Positions 44,925 to 55,872 of a stretch of DNA of 64,000 bases are shown piece after piece. The stretch is from contig SMSO01000032.1 of the NCBI GenBank assembly GCA_004764695.1, forward strand, positions 4,992,483 to 5,056,482, written 5' to 3'. Origin of the DNA: Schizochytrium sp. TIO01. Lineage: Eukaryota; Protista; Bigyra: Labyrinthulomycetes. Positions within the stretch are counted from its first letter, which is position 1; each line of letters starts with the position of its first letter. Below the pieces are notes generated by a model that was given only the letters and a program-made list of their open reading frames with translations, made no database searches and was not told where the DNA came from. The translations under genes and the position numbers were made by a program.

Positions 44925-47873
44925 CTAGCTAAGAAAATCAGCAAAAACTGCAGTTGTCAAGGCATGCAGGTCTTTACGATCTTGGTCATCCTTTGTGATA
45001 CGAAGCAAGCGAGCACATGTATCATAAGCTGTAAGTAGATAAGTCTGAATGGACTTGGCACGGAGTTTAGCAGTAGCATCGCTGTTGCTATTTCCCATCG
45101 CTTTGGGTGGGAATGTGGCTAAAACTGATTGAAAAGAATGTTGAAAGCCGAACGCTTCGGCTTCGATAAAAAGTCGGTCATGAAAGAGCTCTCTCGCGGC
45201 GCTGTATCTTAATGAGCGCCGCGTGCGCAATTCCTGTTTGCCTTTTGTTGCGTGATAAACCGCAACCACAGCGCACACATCGTACTCTCGATATCTGCCT
45301 GCTAGCGCAGAGCCCTTCAGCTCACCTGGGCGAACTGAAAGGTCTATGAGATCAAACAGAGGGTTTCCACCTGGTGATGTAATCATTCGTCTTGATGCAC
45401 GTGGCGAGGGCGTGGTTGCAACAGAACTTTCACGCTTTTGATTTTGTGGGGTCTCGGGACTAGAAGCTCCTAAACTTGATTTGCTTCCTCGTCGTACAGG
45501 AGTTGACAAGGATTTGTTCTTGGTGTTGTCTCTGTTTGAGTGACTGCTTGCAGAGCTGCGCCGAGACGCACTCGTGCCCGAGCGATGTGAAGTCGTTTCA
45601 TTGCGTGAAGAGATTGAGGCAGCATCATTACTACTACGATCTCTAATTTGCTGCTGTGCATGCAAAGGGGAGCTACGGCGAGACCCGCTCTTTGGCGCTG
45701 TAAGCTTACGCCGGTTAGCAATTGGAGTTGAGTCACTTGCTCGGCCCGAGACTCGGCGCAACCCAGGAGATAACAGACGATTACCGGTGCTACTGCGCTG
45801 AGGCATTGAATCATCAAGCGGCATTGACATCATTGAGATAGGGCTGGGTAAGCAATGGTCATTGCTAAAGTCAGACGCAGACACAGACTGCATAATACGA
45901 CCTGTGCTGTTGCGCATCATGCGACCCGTACTATTGCGCATGACGACGCACTGGTCAACCCGCATTTGCTGGCTGCCCTGGAAGCTTGCAGAAGACCTCG
46001 CTGAAGAGGAAGTAGAACCTTGCTGCTCGACATGGTGCGCACTGTAGCGACGGATTTCATGAGCTTGCTCCACCCATACAGTTTGCTCCTCCATATGTTG
46101 CATCTGCATATGTTGTTGCTGATGGTGCTGTTGATGTTGCTGCTGCTGCATTGTCTCAGACTTGATCTGCTTGAGAATTTCATCCTTAGCTTCACGAATT
46201 CCGAGCTGGAGTTTACGTTCCCACTCCATTTCTGCAGTTTTGCGCGCAAGATTCGCAGCGTTGCGCGTCGCCTCTTCTTTCTCCTGCTCAAGTTCTTCAG
46301 CAAGGGCAGAGAGTGCTTGACGTTTGTCAAATTCTGCTTGCTTGGATACTCGTTCTACGGCTAGAGTCATTTTTACTTGTGCACTGAGACGGCGATTCTT
46401 TTGCTCTTCTCGAAGACGCGCCTGCCAGTCAGATTCTGCTTCGGCTCGTACACGTTGAATAGCTTCCTTCATTCGATCCTCTTGTTCACGCTCAAGCTCA
46501 GCTTTCGTCTTCCGCTCAGTCTCACGGCGAACCATAGAACAACGCCGCCTCCACTCCTCTTCAGTCTCTTTACGTGCTTGCTCTTTTGCAAGCATGGTGC
46601 TTTGAATGTTTTCTTCTTGAATTCGCGCGATGGTAGCTTTGTCACGGTCAATCTTTGATTTTAGAATAGTAATGGCTTGAACACACTGCTTCACGAAGCT
46701 CGCCATGCCGACTCGCTCTACAGCGGAAGAGCAGGACGACGCAGAACCAGCGGAGGATGAGGAATTAGAGGTTGTCGCGCTGGGAAACTCAGACTTACAA
46801 TCTTCTTGGATAACTTCTAGAGATGAGGATGCCAGAGAACTCTCCAGAACTGATCCATTGGCGCTCATCTGCAGTTCTACGTCATGTTTGATCTCACGTG
46901 CCTTTTGGGACAGCCAAGCAGGTACTTCAGAGCATGCAACAAGGTTGTTAAACGCCTCACGTAGTTTTGGTAAGGTTTCCAGTTGGTAATCCTCGTCGTC
47001 GCGGTCGTGGGAAGACTCAAGTTCTTGATGAAGGAGGTTTAGGACAACTCCGCAGAATGCCACTAGCTCCTTATCTTCAATACGAACTTCGAGAGGTGCA
47101 ACCTCTTCGACAGTTCGTCTATTGTTACCATTTTCATCAGAGCATGCAGCTCTGCTGCTAGGTCGATCCGTGAGTGCTTTCATAGCGCCACGTCGGTTTC
47201 CTTGGACTCTTTCAATAGCGGTCTCACGAAGACCTTCGCTAGCCACAATAAGCTCTTCTTCTTCCTCCTCATCGTCCTCGTCTTCATCGTCGTCTTCATC
47301 ATAGATCTCCTCTACCTTGCACGGACTGCTACTGTTCTTGGCATGGTTGCTCCGCCCAAAGATGTTTTCTGCATCTTCATCATCCTGCATTTCGTTAGCA
47401 TCAAAGAGCTTGCCCAATGGCTTCCTGTTTCTTCCTGCTCTACGTAGTGCAGATCCAGGCGTAGCAGCAGCGTTTCCACCCTTCCTACCGTGTCCAAGTT
47501 GGTTCTGCTTCCGTTTTTCAGAGAAACGGCCACGCACGCGAACAAGCATGCTCGAACGGCGCCCATCCATGATGGAGTCATCCTCGAATGCTTCAATGGA
47601 AACAATGTTGTCCAAAGAGGTAGGAAATCCCGAAAACGACAGCCTTTCACGAAAGTTGCGCATGGATGCACTGTTCTGTGCGGGATTGGGTGAAAACGCG
47701 CTAAAGGCATCCGATTCTCTCGGCGTAAAGCTGGCATCAAGACTTCCTGTCAGGAACGAGGAACTCGAGTTTACATTCGAGTTGCAGTTACCTTGGCCAT
47801 TGTCACTAAAGTTTAAGCTCGACCCAAACTCCTTACTTTCAATTGGTCTCCTGACTTCGTTGCTCACCGGCAT
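44925..47873 (-). CDS. Large coiled-coil / low-complexity protein with a C-terminal PX-like domain
   Basis: ~982-codon ORF from ATG 47873; long E/K/R coiled coil; C-terminal LRYSAARELFH...FPPK...RAKSIQTYL follows the PX consensus pattern. Confidence 0.7.
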   Translation of the reverse strand: MPVSNEVRRPIESKEFGSSLNFSDNGQGNCNSNVNSSSSFLTGSLDASFTPRESDAFSAFSPNPAQNSASMRNFRERLSFSGFPTSLDNIVSIEAFEDDSIMDGRRSSMLVRVRGRFSEKRKQNQLGHGRKGGNAAATPGSALRRAGRNRKPLGKLFDANEMQDDEDAENIFGRSNHAKNSSSPCKVEEIYDEDDDEDEDDEEEEEELIVASEGLRETAIERVQGNRRGAMKALTDRPSSRAACSDENGNNRRTVEEVAPLEVRIEDKELVAFCGVVLNLLHQELESSHDRDDEDYQLETLPKLREAFNNLVACSEVPAWLSQKAREIKHDVELQMSANGSVLESSLASSSLEVIQEDCKSEFPSATTSNSSSSAGSASSCSSAVERVGMASFVKQCVQAITILKSKIDRDKATIARIQEENIQSTMLAKEQARKETEEEWRRRCSMVRRETERKTKAELEREQEDRMKEAIQRVRAEAESDWQARLREEQKNRRLSAQVKMTLAVERVSKQAEFDKRQALSALAEELEQEKEEATRNAANLARKTAEMEWERKLQLGIREAKDEILKQIKSETMQQQQHQQHHQQQHMQMQHMEEQTVWVEQAHEIRRYSAHHVEQQGSTSSSARSSASFQGSQQMRVDQCVVMRNSTGRMMRNSTGRIMQSVSASDFSNDHCLPSPISMMSMPLDDSMPQRSSTGNRLLSPGLRRVSGRASDSTPIANRRKLTAPKSGSRRSSPLHAQQQIRDRSSNDAASISSRNETTSHRSGTSASRRSSASSHSNRDNTKNKSLSTPVRRGSKSSLGASSPETPQNQKRESSVATTPSPRASRRMITSPGGNPLFDLIDLSVRPGELKGSALAGRYREYDVCAVVAVYHATKGKQELRTRRSLRYSAARELFHDRLFIEAEAFGFQHSFQSVLATFPPKAMGNSNSDATAKLRAKSIQTYLLTAYDTCARLLRITKDDQDRKDLHALTTAVFADFLS

Positions 47874-49565
47874 TTTGTGAACCTCCTTCCGTCGCAACAC
47901 AATACACCCTGGCGCCCAACCTTCTCAAGATAAGACAAACCTCGCCTACCACTGGACCCTAAGCTGTTCTTCGCAACAATCTCCAAGCCTCGCGAGGACC
48001 TCGCTGAGAAGGGCGTCAACAGCGGCGTGAGCTCGGTTGTGAAAACAGTTAGTTAGATAGTTAGTTGGGACGATCGGGTTCTGCTGTTCTGCTCGCGCTT
48101 GGAAGCAAGCAAGCAAGCTGTCTCGCCGAGGTTCCTCGCGCCTTTGGCTTCCCTGAACCGGGCGTTTGCGTGCTTGCCGGCAAGCGAACTGTCCGTAGCG
48201 AAGGCGCCTGAGGTTGGGGGTCTGGGCGTCAACGAGCGAATGCGCTTCGATCATCGATTTCAAAACTCCATTCATTTTAACCATCATCGTTGAGCTTAAC
48301 TATTCATCTCTAATCCAAGATTAGCTAACCATAGCGAATTCATCCTCAACAGAGAAAGATAGAAATGAACAAATGAAAAGATCAATCAGCGCAGGCCTAA
48401 AGTTACCGCTAGCTGGCCACTAGCCAACTCACGTGGCCAACGAAGAATTGTATTTCTTTGAGAGAGATAGAGAATGGGACGAATCCAAACGACCTTCAGT
48501 GAGGCCCTCTTAGAAAACTTCCCCACTTCTCGCTCTGCAAAGACTGCCCTCCACTGGGAAAATCACTTCAGTGTGTTCGCCTCCTAGCGCCACTGGAAAC
48601 TTACTGAGAGGAGAAAACTTTTGTGGTGTAACATGTAATTTCAAAATTTGGGTTTTATATTCAAGCTAAGTGGGGGTACTGAGGGAGATAAGAGGCGCAG
48701 AAAATGCAGAGGAGATGGGAGAGAGTGGGGAACGATGGGGTTCCTGAGAGACTCCTAGGGGAAGTCCCGGTGGCGGTTGCAACCAAAGTTTGGGTACGGA
48801 AAGTGTACCCAAATGTTGATGGCTTCTTCGCCCTCGTGCGGAAACGAGGACCTCATGAAATCTTGGCAGATTGTATCCTCGGAAGACGCAGCCTAAGTAA
48901 ATAAAATCACAACAGGGTCATGTCTTAAGCCATGGTTTGTCACGAAATATGTATGCATTTATGTACGTACCCGTGTATGTATCAATTGACTTGGGTCGAG
49001 ACAATGAATTTGCGAAATACGCACATTCACGTAATGACGGCTATATAATAATCGCATCGTCGATGGAGTGTAAGGCGGTTGGCGTGTCGAGAGACGATGA
49101 GATGCATGGCAAGGAGGTGCTGAGTGCTTCTTTAAATGAAAGGGAGTGAAAGCTATTCATCTCCCTGTCCAAAAGCCCAGAACTTCAGCACAGCCTTTTG
49201 TTCGCTTTCTCGTTTGGTGTGGAAACCTGAAAACCGTTCTTTTCATTCAATTTCTGAACTTAAAGTTTTCTCTTTCTACCTTATACTGTAAGATAGGCTA
49301 AATCAAGAACGTGAGAAAATAAAAAAAATTTGCAATTCCACCGTCTGCTTAATCGATCGTTCACAAGCTCTACGCCCTGCAAGCAAACATAGCCACAAAA
49401 TATCTCAGCGCGGAGCGCGTTCCGCGTGTCTGGTGACATTGGGGCGTGGTGGGGAGGTCTCCCTCGGCTTCTTTTGAAAATTGTCTTTGAAGTTAGTTGT
49501 TCGTGACTGCAAATCCGTTTTCACACTCTTCTTCTCCTTCTTCTGCTTCTTCTTCTCCTTCAACC

Positions 49566-50759
49566 ATGGCGTATCTCGCCTCTGCAGAGCCAGACTCCGC
49601 GCGTGCTCGTGCGCAACGTAGAGCGGACCGTATCCTCGGGAGAGACACAGGCACGCCATTGCGAGCCCCTGTTTTCGAGACCCCTTCGCCAGCCCGTCGT
49701 CTTGGTGACGCCAACGCCTTGAGTACTATGAGCACATCATCTGCTGCCCGATCAGCATCTCGGTCTTCACAATATTCCTCCTCCTCCTCTACTGCTGCCT
49801 CAAGCTCGTCTTCACTACACTCTCATGGACCTGGAAGGTCTTCGCAGGACTTCAGAACGGAGACCTTGCCTTCTGCGAGCAAGCTTCACTCCGGCAAAGG
49901 CGATGGGGAGGAGCTCAAATTCCGCTCCGCACAGAAAGCGATGGACCTCAAAGTCTCTTGTGAAAACCCTGCTGACGCCGAGAACGCCAACACTACTGTG
50001 AACTGTGCGAGTGGAATGGATCACGCGAATGCTGGGGTCTACAAAAATGATATGGCACTTGCGAATGGGCAATCCTTAAAGTCTGGGGAAACTTCAGGCA
50101 AGAGTGGCAATACAGCGAATGCAACAGCGGCGGTACTGGGAGCGCTGGAGTCAGCTTTGTGGAGAGCCGCTGAACAGGAATGTTGGCGAGACCAAGAAGC
50201 TCGTGGCAACAGGTCAGGTGAGGAAGGACTCACACCAAAACATGTGATGGAGGCGAGGCTACAGAGGTTGAGACCGATTCTTGAAGACATGGAGTCTGGA
50301 GAGGTTGGTGTTGCAGATAGCCTTGCTGAAGAACTAGGCAAGCTGGAAAAAATCAACTTGGAGCTATCGTGGGAACGTCTTTGGCAATATTCACAAACCC
50401 GTCGCGTATTGACCTCGTTAATTTCTGCACGAGAAAAACTTGCCAAACAGTGCACTGAACCAGAATTAGCACGTAAGACGGAGTTTCTCGAGACGGCCCG
50501 AGCCAAGTGTGCCGTCATGCAAGCAGAGTGTACGCTTGACACCTATGGCCGTCAGGACCAGCAGGAAGCACTCACGCAGATTGCATGGACACTTGAGATG
50601 ATCAAGGCCGAAATTGACCGCGAGAACAAAGCTATGGAACAGAAACTTGAAGAACTCAAACTCCTCCCGCGAAGTTTGGTTGAGGAGTACGACGACCTTC
50701 AGGCAGCAATAAGTGAGAGACGAGACTATGTTCAGCGTCTCCGGGGTGCTGCAGACTGA
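49566..50759 (+). CDS. Coiled-coil protein, C-terminus resembles HAUS augmin complex subunit 4
   Basis: LDTY...LVEEYDDLQAAISERRDYVQRL parallels the HAUS4 C-terminal pattern as recalled (SDTY...LVKEY...NKRWALQEF); Ser-rich disordered N-terminus. The ORF is solid; the family call is tentative. Confidence 0.55.
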   Translation: MAYLASAEPDSARARAQRRADRILGRDTGTPLRAPVFETPSPARRLGDANALSTMSTSSAARSASRSSQYSSSSSTAASSSSSLHSHGPGRSSQDFRTETLPSASKLHSGKGDGEELKFRSAQKAMDLKVSCENPADAENANTTVNCASGMDHANAGVYKNDMALANGQSLKSGETSGKSGNTANATAAVLGALESALWRAAEQECWRDQEARGNRSGEEGLTPKHVMEARLQRLRPILEDMESGEVGVADSLAEELGKLEKINLELSWERLWQYSQTRRVLTSLISAREKLAKQCTEPELARKTEFLETARAKCAVMQAECTLDTYGRQDQQEALTQIAWTLEMIKAEIDRENKAMEQKLEELKLLPRSLVEEYDDLQAAISERRDYVQRLRGAAD

Positions 50760-51778
50760 GAAAAATTGATAGCACGAGATTACTATCTGACTTCATACTT
50801 GTCAGTAATCGCGTTTCGCGTCTTGTAAATGTTGGCACAATATGGCTCACCTATGCTCATCTGAAGACTGGAATACAACGCGTGAAAGAAAATGAAAGGC
50901 AAACAAATGCATGTGCTGGGGAGCACAAGCTGCTGTCGCTGCCATTGTTATTGTTACAGCCAGTGGGCATTTTTTCGACAAGTCCCACACTTGATGCGCC
51001 TTGAACTTTAACGGCCACTTAACTGATGTGTCTTTAAATTGTTTGGTATAAGCTCTATAAGGAAATGCAATTATATCATTTAGAGTAGTATATTGCAGGA
51101 GAATCTCGAAATGCTTAATTTCGAATATATGCTCATCTAAAGAGAAAGGAAAGTGCATTGGTTTGTCAGACGTTGAGAATTAAAAATTAAAATAGTTGTA
51201 ATTTTAAAGAGCCCCCTTCGATGTGTAGTGATGTGCTATTGCTTAGCGATCCTTATAATATAAGGTATAGTGTACGCCTTCCGCTAAGATTTAAGAGGCC
51301 TCACCATGGTATTTCTTTAGTTTAAAAAAGAAAATGAACAAGATTTGGAAAACAGAAAAAAGTGAAGGATAAGGGTTTTCATGTTAAATATGTGGCCCCG
51401 TTTTACGAAATAAGATGTGCCCTCCTATCAGGGTTTCTATAGAGTAAGTCCCACAGCAGCTGCTAATAAAGGGTGCTGCTCAAACAACTCTTTTTTTGTG
51501 TATTCTCTTCCCTTTTAAAACGAAACGGAAAACTTCTTTGTAGCGTAACTACAATTCTTGGCTCCATGGTGATTCATCAAATCACAACCCTTTTCCTTTG
51601 ATTAGTTCTTACATTGGATGTTTTTGATGCGACGAAAATCCAGGTAGTAGCTACTCATAGAAGAACACTACTTCTCCTATCACGGGCCCTAGTGATGATC
51701 AGGAGTCTTAACTGCTCCGATTGAGCTAGTCTCTTAGTATTGCAGTGTATGTGCATTCAAATGTATATAGGCTACTAT

Positions 51779-52531
51779 TTACCGCCGTCGTTGATCCATC
51801 ACCTGGTCCATATCAGGCGCAAAAAAGGCCGAGAAGCTCTTGCGAGGTGGCTTTTTCTTCTTGCTTTTCTTCGCTTTTGGGTTTTCTGGATCCTTTTCCG
51901 TTGCATCTGGTGTGTTATCATTGTTTTCTACACTGCTTCTCTGCCTCGAGAGACGTAGAAGGGAGCTTCGAAGTCGATTCCCGCTTGAGGTTCGCTGAAG
52001 GTTCGCAAGGCCCTTCTCAATCTTTCTAAGGTGAACAAGAAGCATACCCATATCTTGTAAATCACTTTCTTTGGCTTTGGAAAGCTCCGTCAAAGAAGTG
52101 ATTCCCAAGTGCGTCAATTGCCGCTCAAATTCAGATAAACTGTTCTCCTGAAGAAACTTTTGTAGTGCTGTTCTGTCTGCAAGGCCCTGTCGAAGACGTG
52201 CAATGCGGTCTTCATCTAGTCCGAGGGTCGTGAGATCTTCGTTTTGGAGAAAAGATAAGTCCCGAACAGAGCGGACTCCGAGACTTACAAACTTGGCCTC
52301 AAACTCATCTAATTCGTTGTCTAACAGGAATGATTTGGTATCACTGTCCATACGACGAGCAAGCGCTTGCTGAAGCTTCCGTCTTTCCACAACGGTCATG
52401 CCGGCATCTATAAAGTCCCCTTCCCGGAGATAAGACAAGTCATCGATTGTATGCACCCCTTGAAGCACAAGGCTTTCCTCATATTGACGAAGCCCATGCT
52501 TTTCAAGAAAACTTTGTACCTCGGAATCCAT
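51779..52531 (-). CDS. Protein with three tandem SAM (sterile alpha motif) domains and a basic tail
   Basis: Three ~60-aa repeats FL....L..(Y/F)E......G(V/I).....LS......(F/L)...G(M/L); ATG at 52531. Confidence 0.85.
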   Translation of the reverse strand: MDSEVQSFLEKHGLRQYEESLVLQGVHTIDDLSYLREGDFIDAGMTVVERRKLQQALARRMDSDTKSFLLDNELDEFEAKFVSLGVRSVRDLSFLQNEDLTTLGLDEDRIARLRQGLADRTALQKFLQENSLSEFERQLTHLGITSLTELSKAKESDLQDMGMLLVHLRKIEKGLANLQRTSSGNRLRSSLLRLSRQRSSVENNDNTPDATEKDPENPKAKKSKKKKPPRKSFSAFFAPDMDQVMDQRRR

Positions 52532-53674
52532 CCTCTTGCGCGTTAGAGATCCCACCGGTTTATTTCAACCACGCCACGCCACGCCGCGCCTGAGAAGGGC
52601 AGGGCTGGGCAGGGCAAAGCAAAGCAAAGCTCTGAGCTCTGCTTGACTAACCCCAACCCTCTCTGCTCTTCTTTTGCGCTTTTGCTGCACGCGCCGATCT
52701 CCAGAATCTCTAAAAGATCTGCAAAGCGAACAACTTTGGGCGTGCGCTAAGTGTCCTTATCGAGCTTGGGGCCTGGAAGAAGTATGTCTTACCAGGAAAT
52801 TGAGGAAGTGCACGCTTTTCCAAACGCGACGTCGCGAGACTCTGCGTAGGCACCCCTTCAGGATAATAGCAATGAAATTGCTCGAACCACTTCAAGTTGT
52901 GTGTTATGTCTCTAGCATTTAGCTATTATCTATCTCACAATAACATCACACTCTAATACTACCTTCCACCTAACAAGTGCGTCTAAGTGAGTACTACATG
53001 GTCAAGCTAGCGCACACGAGCACAGTGAGTGAGTGAGTGAGAGAGAATTTTTTTACTTTTCGAAAGAAAGAATCTATTTGACTCGCAAAAGGGCAAGTTT
53101 TGCGAGCCTAGGCGGTTCAGCCTCCAGCAGGTTCAAGTCTGGACCGAAGCCGGACTAGGCGAGAAGAATCGCTTAGAAACAGCTGGATAAGGTACTGGGA
53201 TCGGGCTCGTAGATGGAGAGAAACATTTTGGGATATCAAATTGCAGAGTTTTGTGCACATAGGTTTGTTGGTTTAAAAAAATTATAAAATTATAAAATTA
53301 TAAAAATTAAAAGAATGCCATAAGTCATTACTGACTCAATTAAACAAAGGTGTGTGGTCTAGGCCTATAAAGGAATGGTCAATAGTATGAGAAGGACACC
53401 TCTTCAGAAGCGCGTGCACGGCGTGCCAGATGTGCAATAAGCAGCTCGCGGGGAGAGGGCCTCGGGGAGCAGGGCCTCAGGGAGGTACATTGGTGTGAGC
53501 TGTCTGGGCGAGGTGAAAGGATACAGGGTACTTGTGAAAATTTATCAATTTGTTGTGAAGTGAAAAGTTCAAGTCATATTTACACGACAGTAAGTCAGAA
53601 CCTAGGTACTATATGGAATGATGTGGGAAATGAATGGTATGTGGAATTGCAATGGGTTCCAAACACAAGAATGC

Positions 53675-55138
53675 TCATGTGCGAGAAACCATAGAAGTGT
53701 CTGTAGGGGATGTGTATGCTCTCGGAGCTTCATCGCCGTTTAGGTTGTCTCCTTCCTCATCGTTGGGATCTGGGTCTGGTTCATGGTTATGGGCAGGGTG
53801 AAGAATGTGTTTATAAAAGTGATAGACAACAGACCTCCCGGGAAGCATCTTTCTCTTGTAAATAATTTGTTCATGCGCTAAAACTCCAAGGAAAGATACA
53901 TCATAACGCTCCCATCCTCCTACGCTGACGTCTAGACCAAAGAGCATCTCGCGTAAGAGATCGCGCTTTGCATCCCGCTGAAATGCCGTTTCTAAACTAG
54001 TAGGGCACGGGATAATGGCATTTTCTGATCTGTCTGCTGTTTTGGCCCGTTTTGTTGGGTTTTCGCAAATATCTTGCTGACTATTGGATTCTTGTTCTTC
54101 ATGGTTTGTATCGATTCCTTCATATTTATCATGGGGGGCTGCCGTACTACTGGCATGATCATGCGCTTCGATTAGACCCTGCTCTACGGTACGGGCAGAA
54201 TGCCAATAGCGGCGCTTATCTACATGCTCTAAGCTCCACGTGGTGAAATTTGCCATCAGCTTGGATGTTTTTTCACTTGCGCTTGGTGGACGGGCACCGC
54301 GAGCAAATATTGCACTCCCAGAGTTTTCACTGGATTCCAAGGCTTCCGAGTTTGATATGGATGAAGAAGGGCCAGAGCTGGAGAAGAGAGGTGAAGAAGG
54401 TGAAGAATTTGAGTTAGATGCACTGGTGACAGTTGAGTCGTCACCGTCGCTTCCGGTGAACATCGAGAACAGACGCGTTGAGTAAGGATTGCGATGGCGA
54501 ATAGCAGTGGTGGGATACGGCACTTGAAAGTCCCATTTGATATTTGAATACAGTGCGCGCCGCTGGAAGCGGCAGAGCGGGGCAAGAAATTCCTTGCGAG
54601 ATCCCATCGCATATAGAATTGGAATTCTCTCACCTGTAGCTGGGTCTTGGAAACTGTCATCTAAAAGACCAAGTTCACGAGTTGTCTGAAACAAGCGCAA
54701 AACAATAGTGTTCCAAATAGCGCTTACAGGGTTTCCTGGTGGTTTTCGGACACCCAAGTGCGGTGTAGCAAATGTTGCAAAAACAACAGGTTCTAACTTT
54801 TCAAAGAAACCTTGCTGATCCAAAAGATAGACTAAGTATCGGGCATAAATGCCTCCTAGACTATGCCCCACAATCGAGATACGATCAACCTGGTCAACAT
54901 TTTTCTCCAGTGTTAATGAAACTTCCTTTAGAGCTCGTTCTGCCCCCACTGAGACTCCATCCATCGTAGATGTATTCTGGCTGAGAGGCAAGAAAATGTA
55001 TTCCTTCGCGTCATCTTGTGAAGTGAGGAATTCTACAAAGTTTGCAAAGTCACCAGCACTGCCCCAAAGTCCATGCAAGAAAGCCACCAGATGAAGTTTC
55101 TTGCCGCTCTTACCCTGTCTGGTTTGTGCACGACTCAT
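53675..55138 (-). CDS. DUF676 putative serine esterase/lipase (alpha/beta hydrolase)
   Basis: HLVAFLHGLWG, ISIVGHSLGGIYARY nucleophile elbow, FATPHLG, RRALYSNIKWDFQVPY. Confidence 0.92.
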   Translation of the reverse strand: MSRAQTRQGKSGKKLHLVAFLHGLWGSAGDFANFVEFLTSQDDAKEYIFLPLSQNTSTMDGVSVGAERALKEVSLTLEKNVDQVDRISIVGHSLGGIYARYLVYLLDQQGFFEKLEPVVFATFATPHLGVRKPPGNPVSAIWNTIVLRLFQTTRELGLLDDSFQDPATGERIPILYAMGSRKEFLAPLCRFQRRALYSNIKWDFQVPYPTTAIRHRNPYSTRLFSMFTGSDGDDSTVTSASNSNSSPSSPLFSSSGPSSSISNSEALESSENSGSAIFARGARPPSASEKTSKLMANFTTWSLEHVDKRRYWHSARTVEQGLIEAHDHASSTAAPHDKYEGIDTNHEEQESNSQQDICENPTKRAKTADRSENAIIPCPTSLETAFQRDAKRDLLREMLFGLDVSVGGWERYDVSFLGVLAHEQIIYKRKMLPGRSVVYHFYKHILHPAHNHEPDPDPNDEEGDNLNGDEAPRAYTSPTDTSMVSRT

Positions 55139-55681
55139 GTCTGTCACTGTCTTTTGATCCGAGCACAAGCCTTGCTTTTACTCTCGTCAAGATCTGCTTT
55201 CGTGAGACTCACCCTACTAGGTTTCTCCTTGCTCATCCGTGTAACTAAGCTTCTATTATGATCTCTCTTTGAAGATCTGTCTCATGCCTCTCTCGCTTAA
55301 AGTATTTGATAATGCCCTTTAACCCTGCTGTTTCAACTTCGTGACCAACTGCTTCAGATAGATCTCTCGCACCTTGCACCGTAGGTAGCCAGACTGCAGC
55401 ATCTCAATCAACTGCTTTGCCGCGGAAGAAATTTATTACCGTGCACGATACCAATAGACAATGCTATTATCATAGTACCGTACCTTAGCATTGAATTTAG
55501 TTCATCGAATCTCATTGCACAATTCTGCATTGCATTGCTTTGCTTTCGCGTTGGATTACTTTGGAGTGTGCTAGGCGAAGTATCTCCAGCCTTTTCATTG
55601 TCAACGAACAGACGTCATTGAAAATCCAAAGTCAAGTGCAACTCTCCATCTAAAGGCACGACCCTTGAATGGTTGATTTAC

Positions 55682-55872
55682 TCAATGATTGATGTATTCA
55701 ATGATTGATGTAATCAATGATTGATGTATTCAATGATTGATGTATTCAATGATTGATGTATTCAATGATTGATGTATTCAATGATTGATGTATTCAATGA
55801 TTGATGTATTCAATGATTGATGTATTCAATGATTGATGTATTCAATGATTGATGTATTCAATGAATGATGTG
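55682..55872. repeat. 16-bp minisatellite (TCAATGATTGATGTAT), 11 near-perfect copies plus degenerate flanking copies
   Basis: Units every 16 bp from 55682. Confidence 0.98.
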
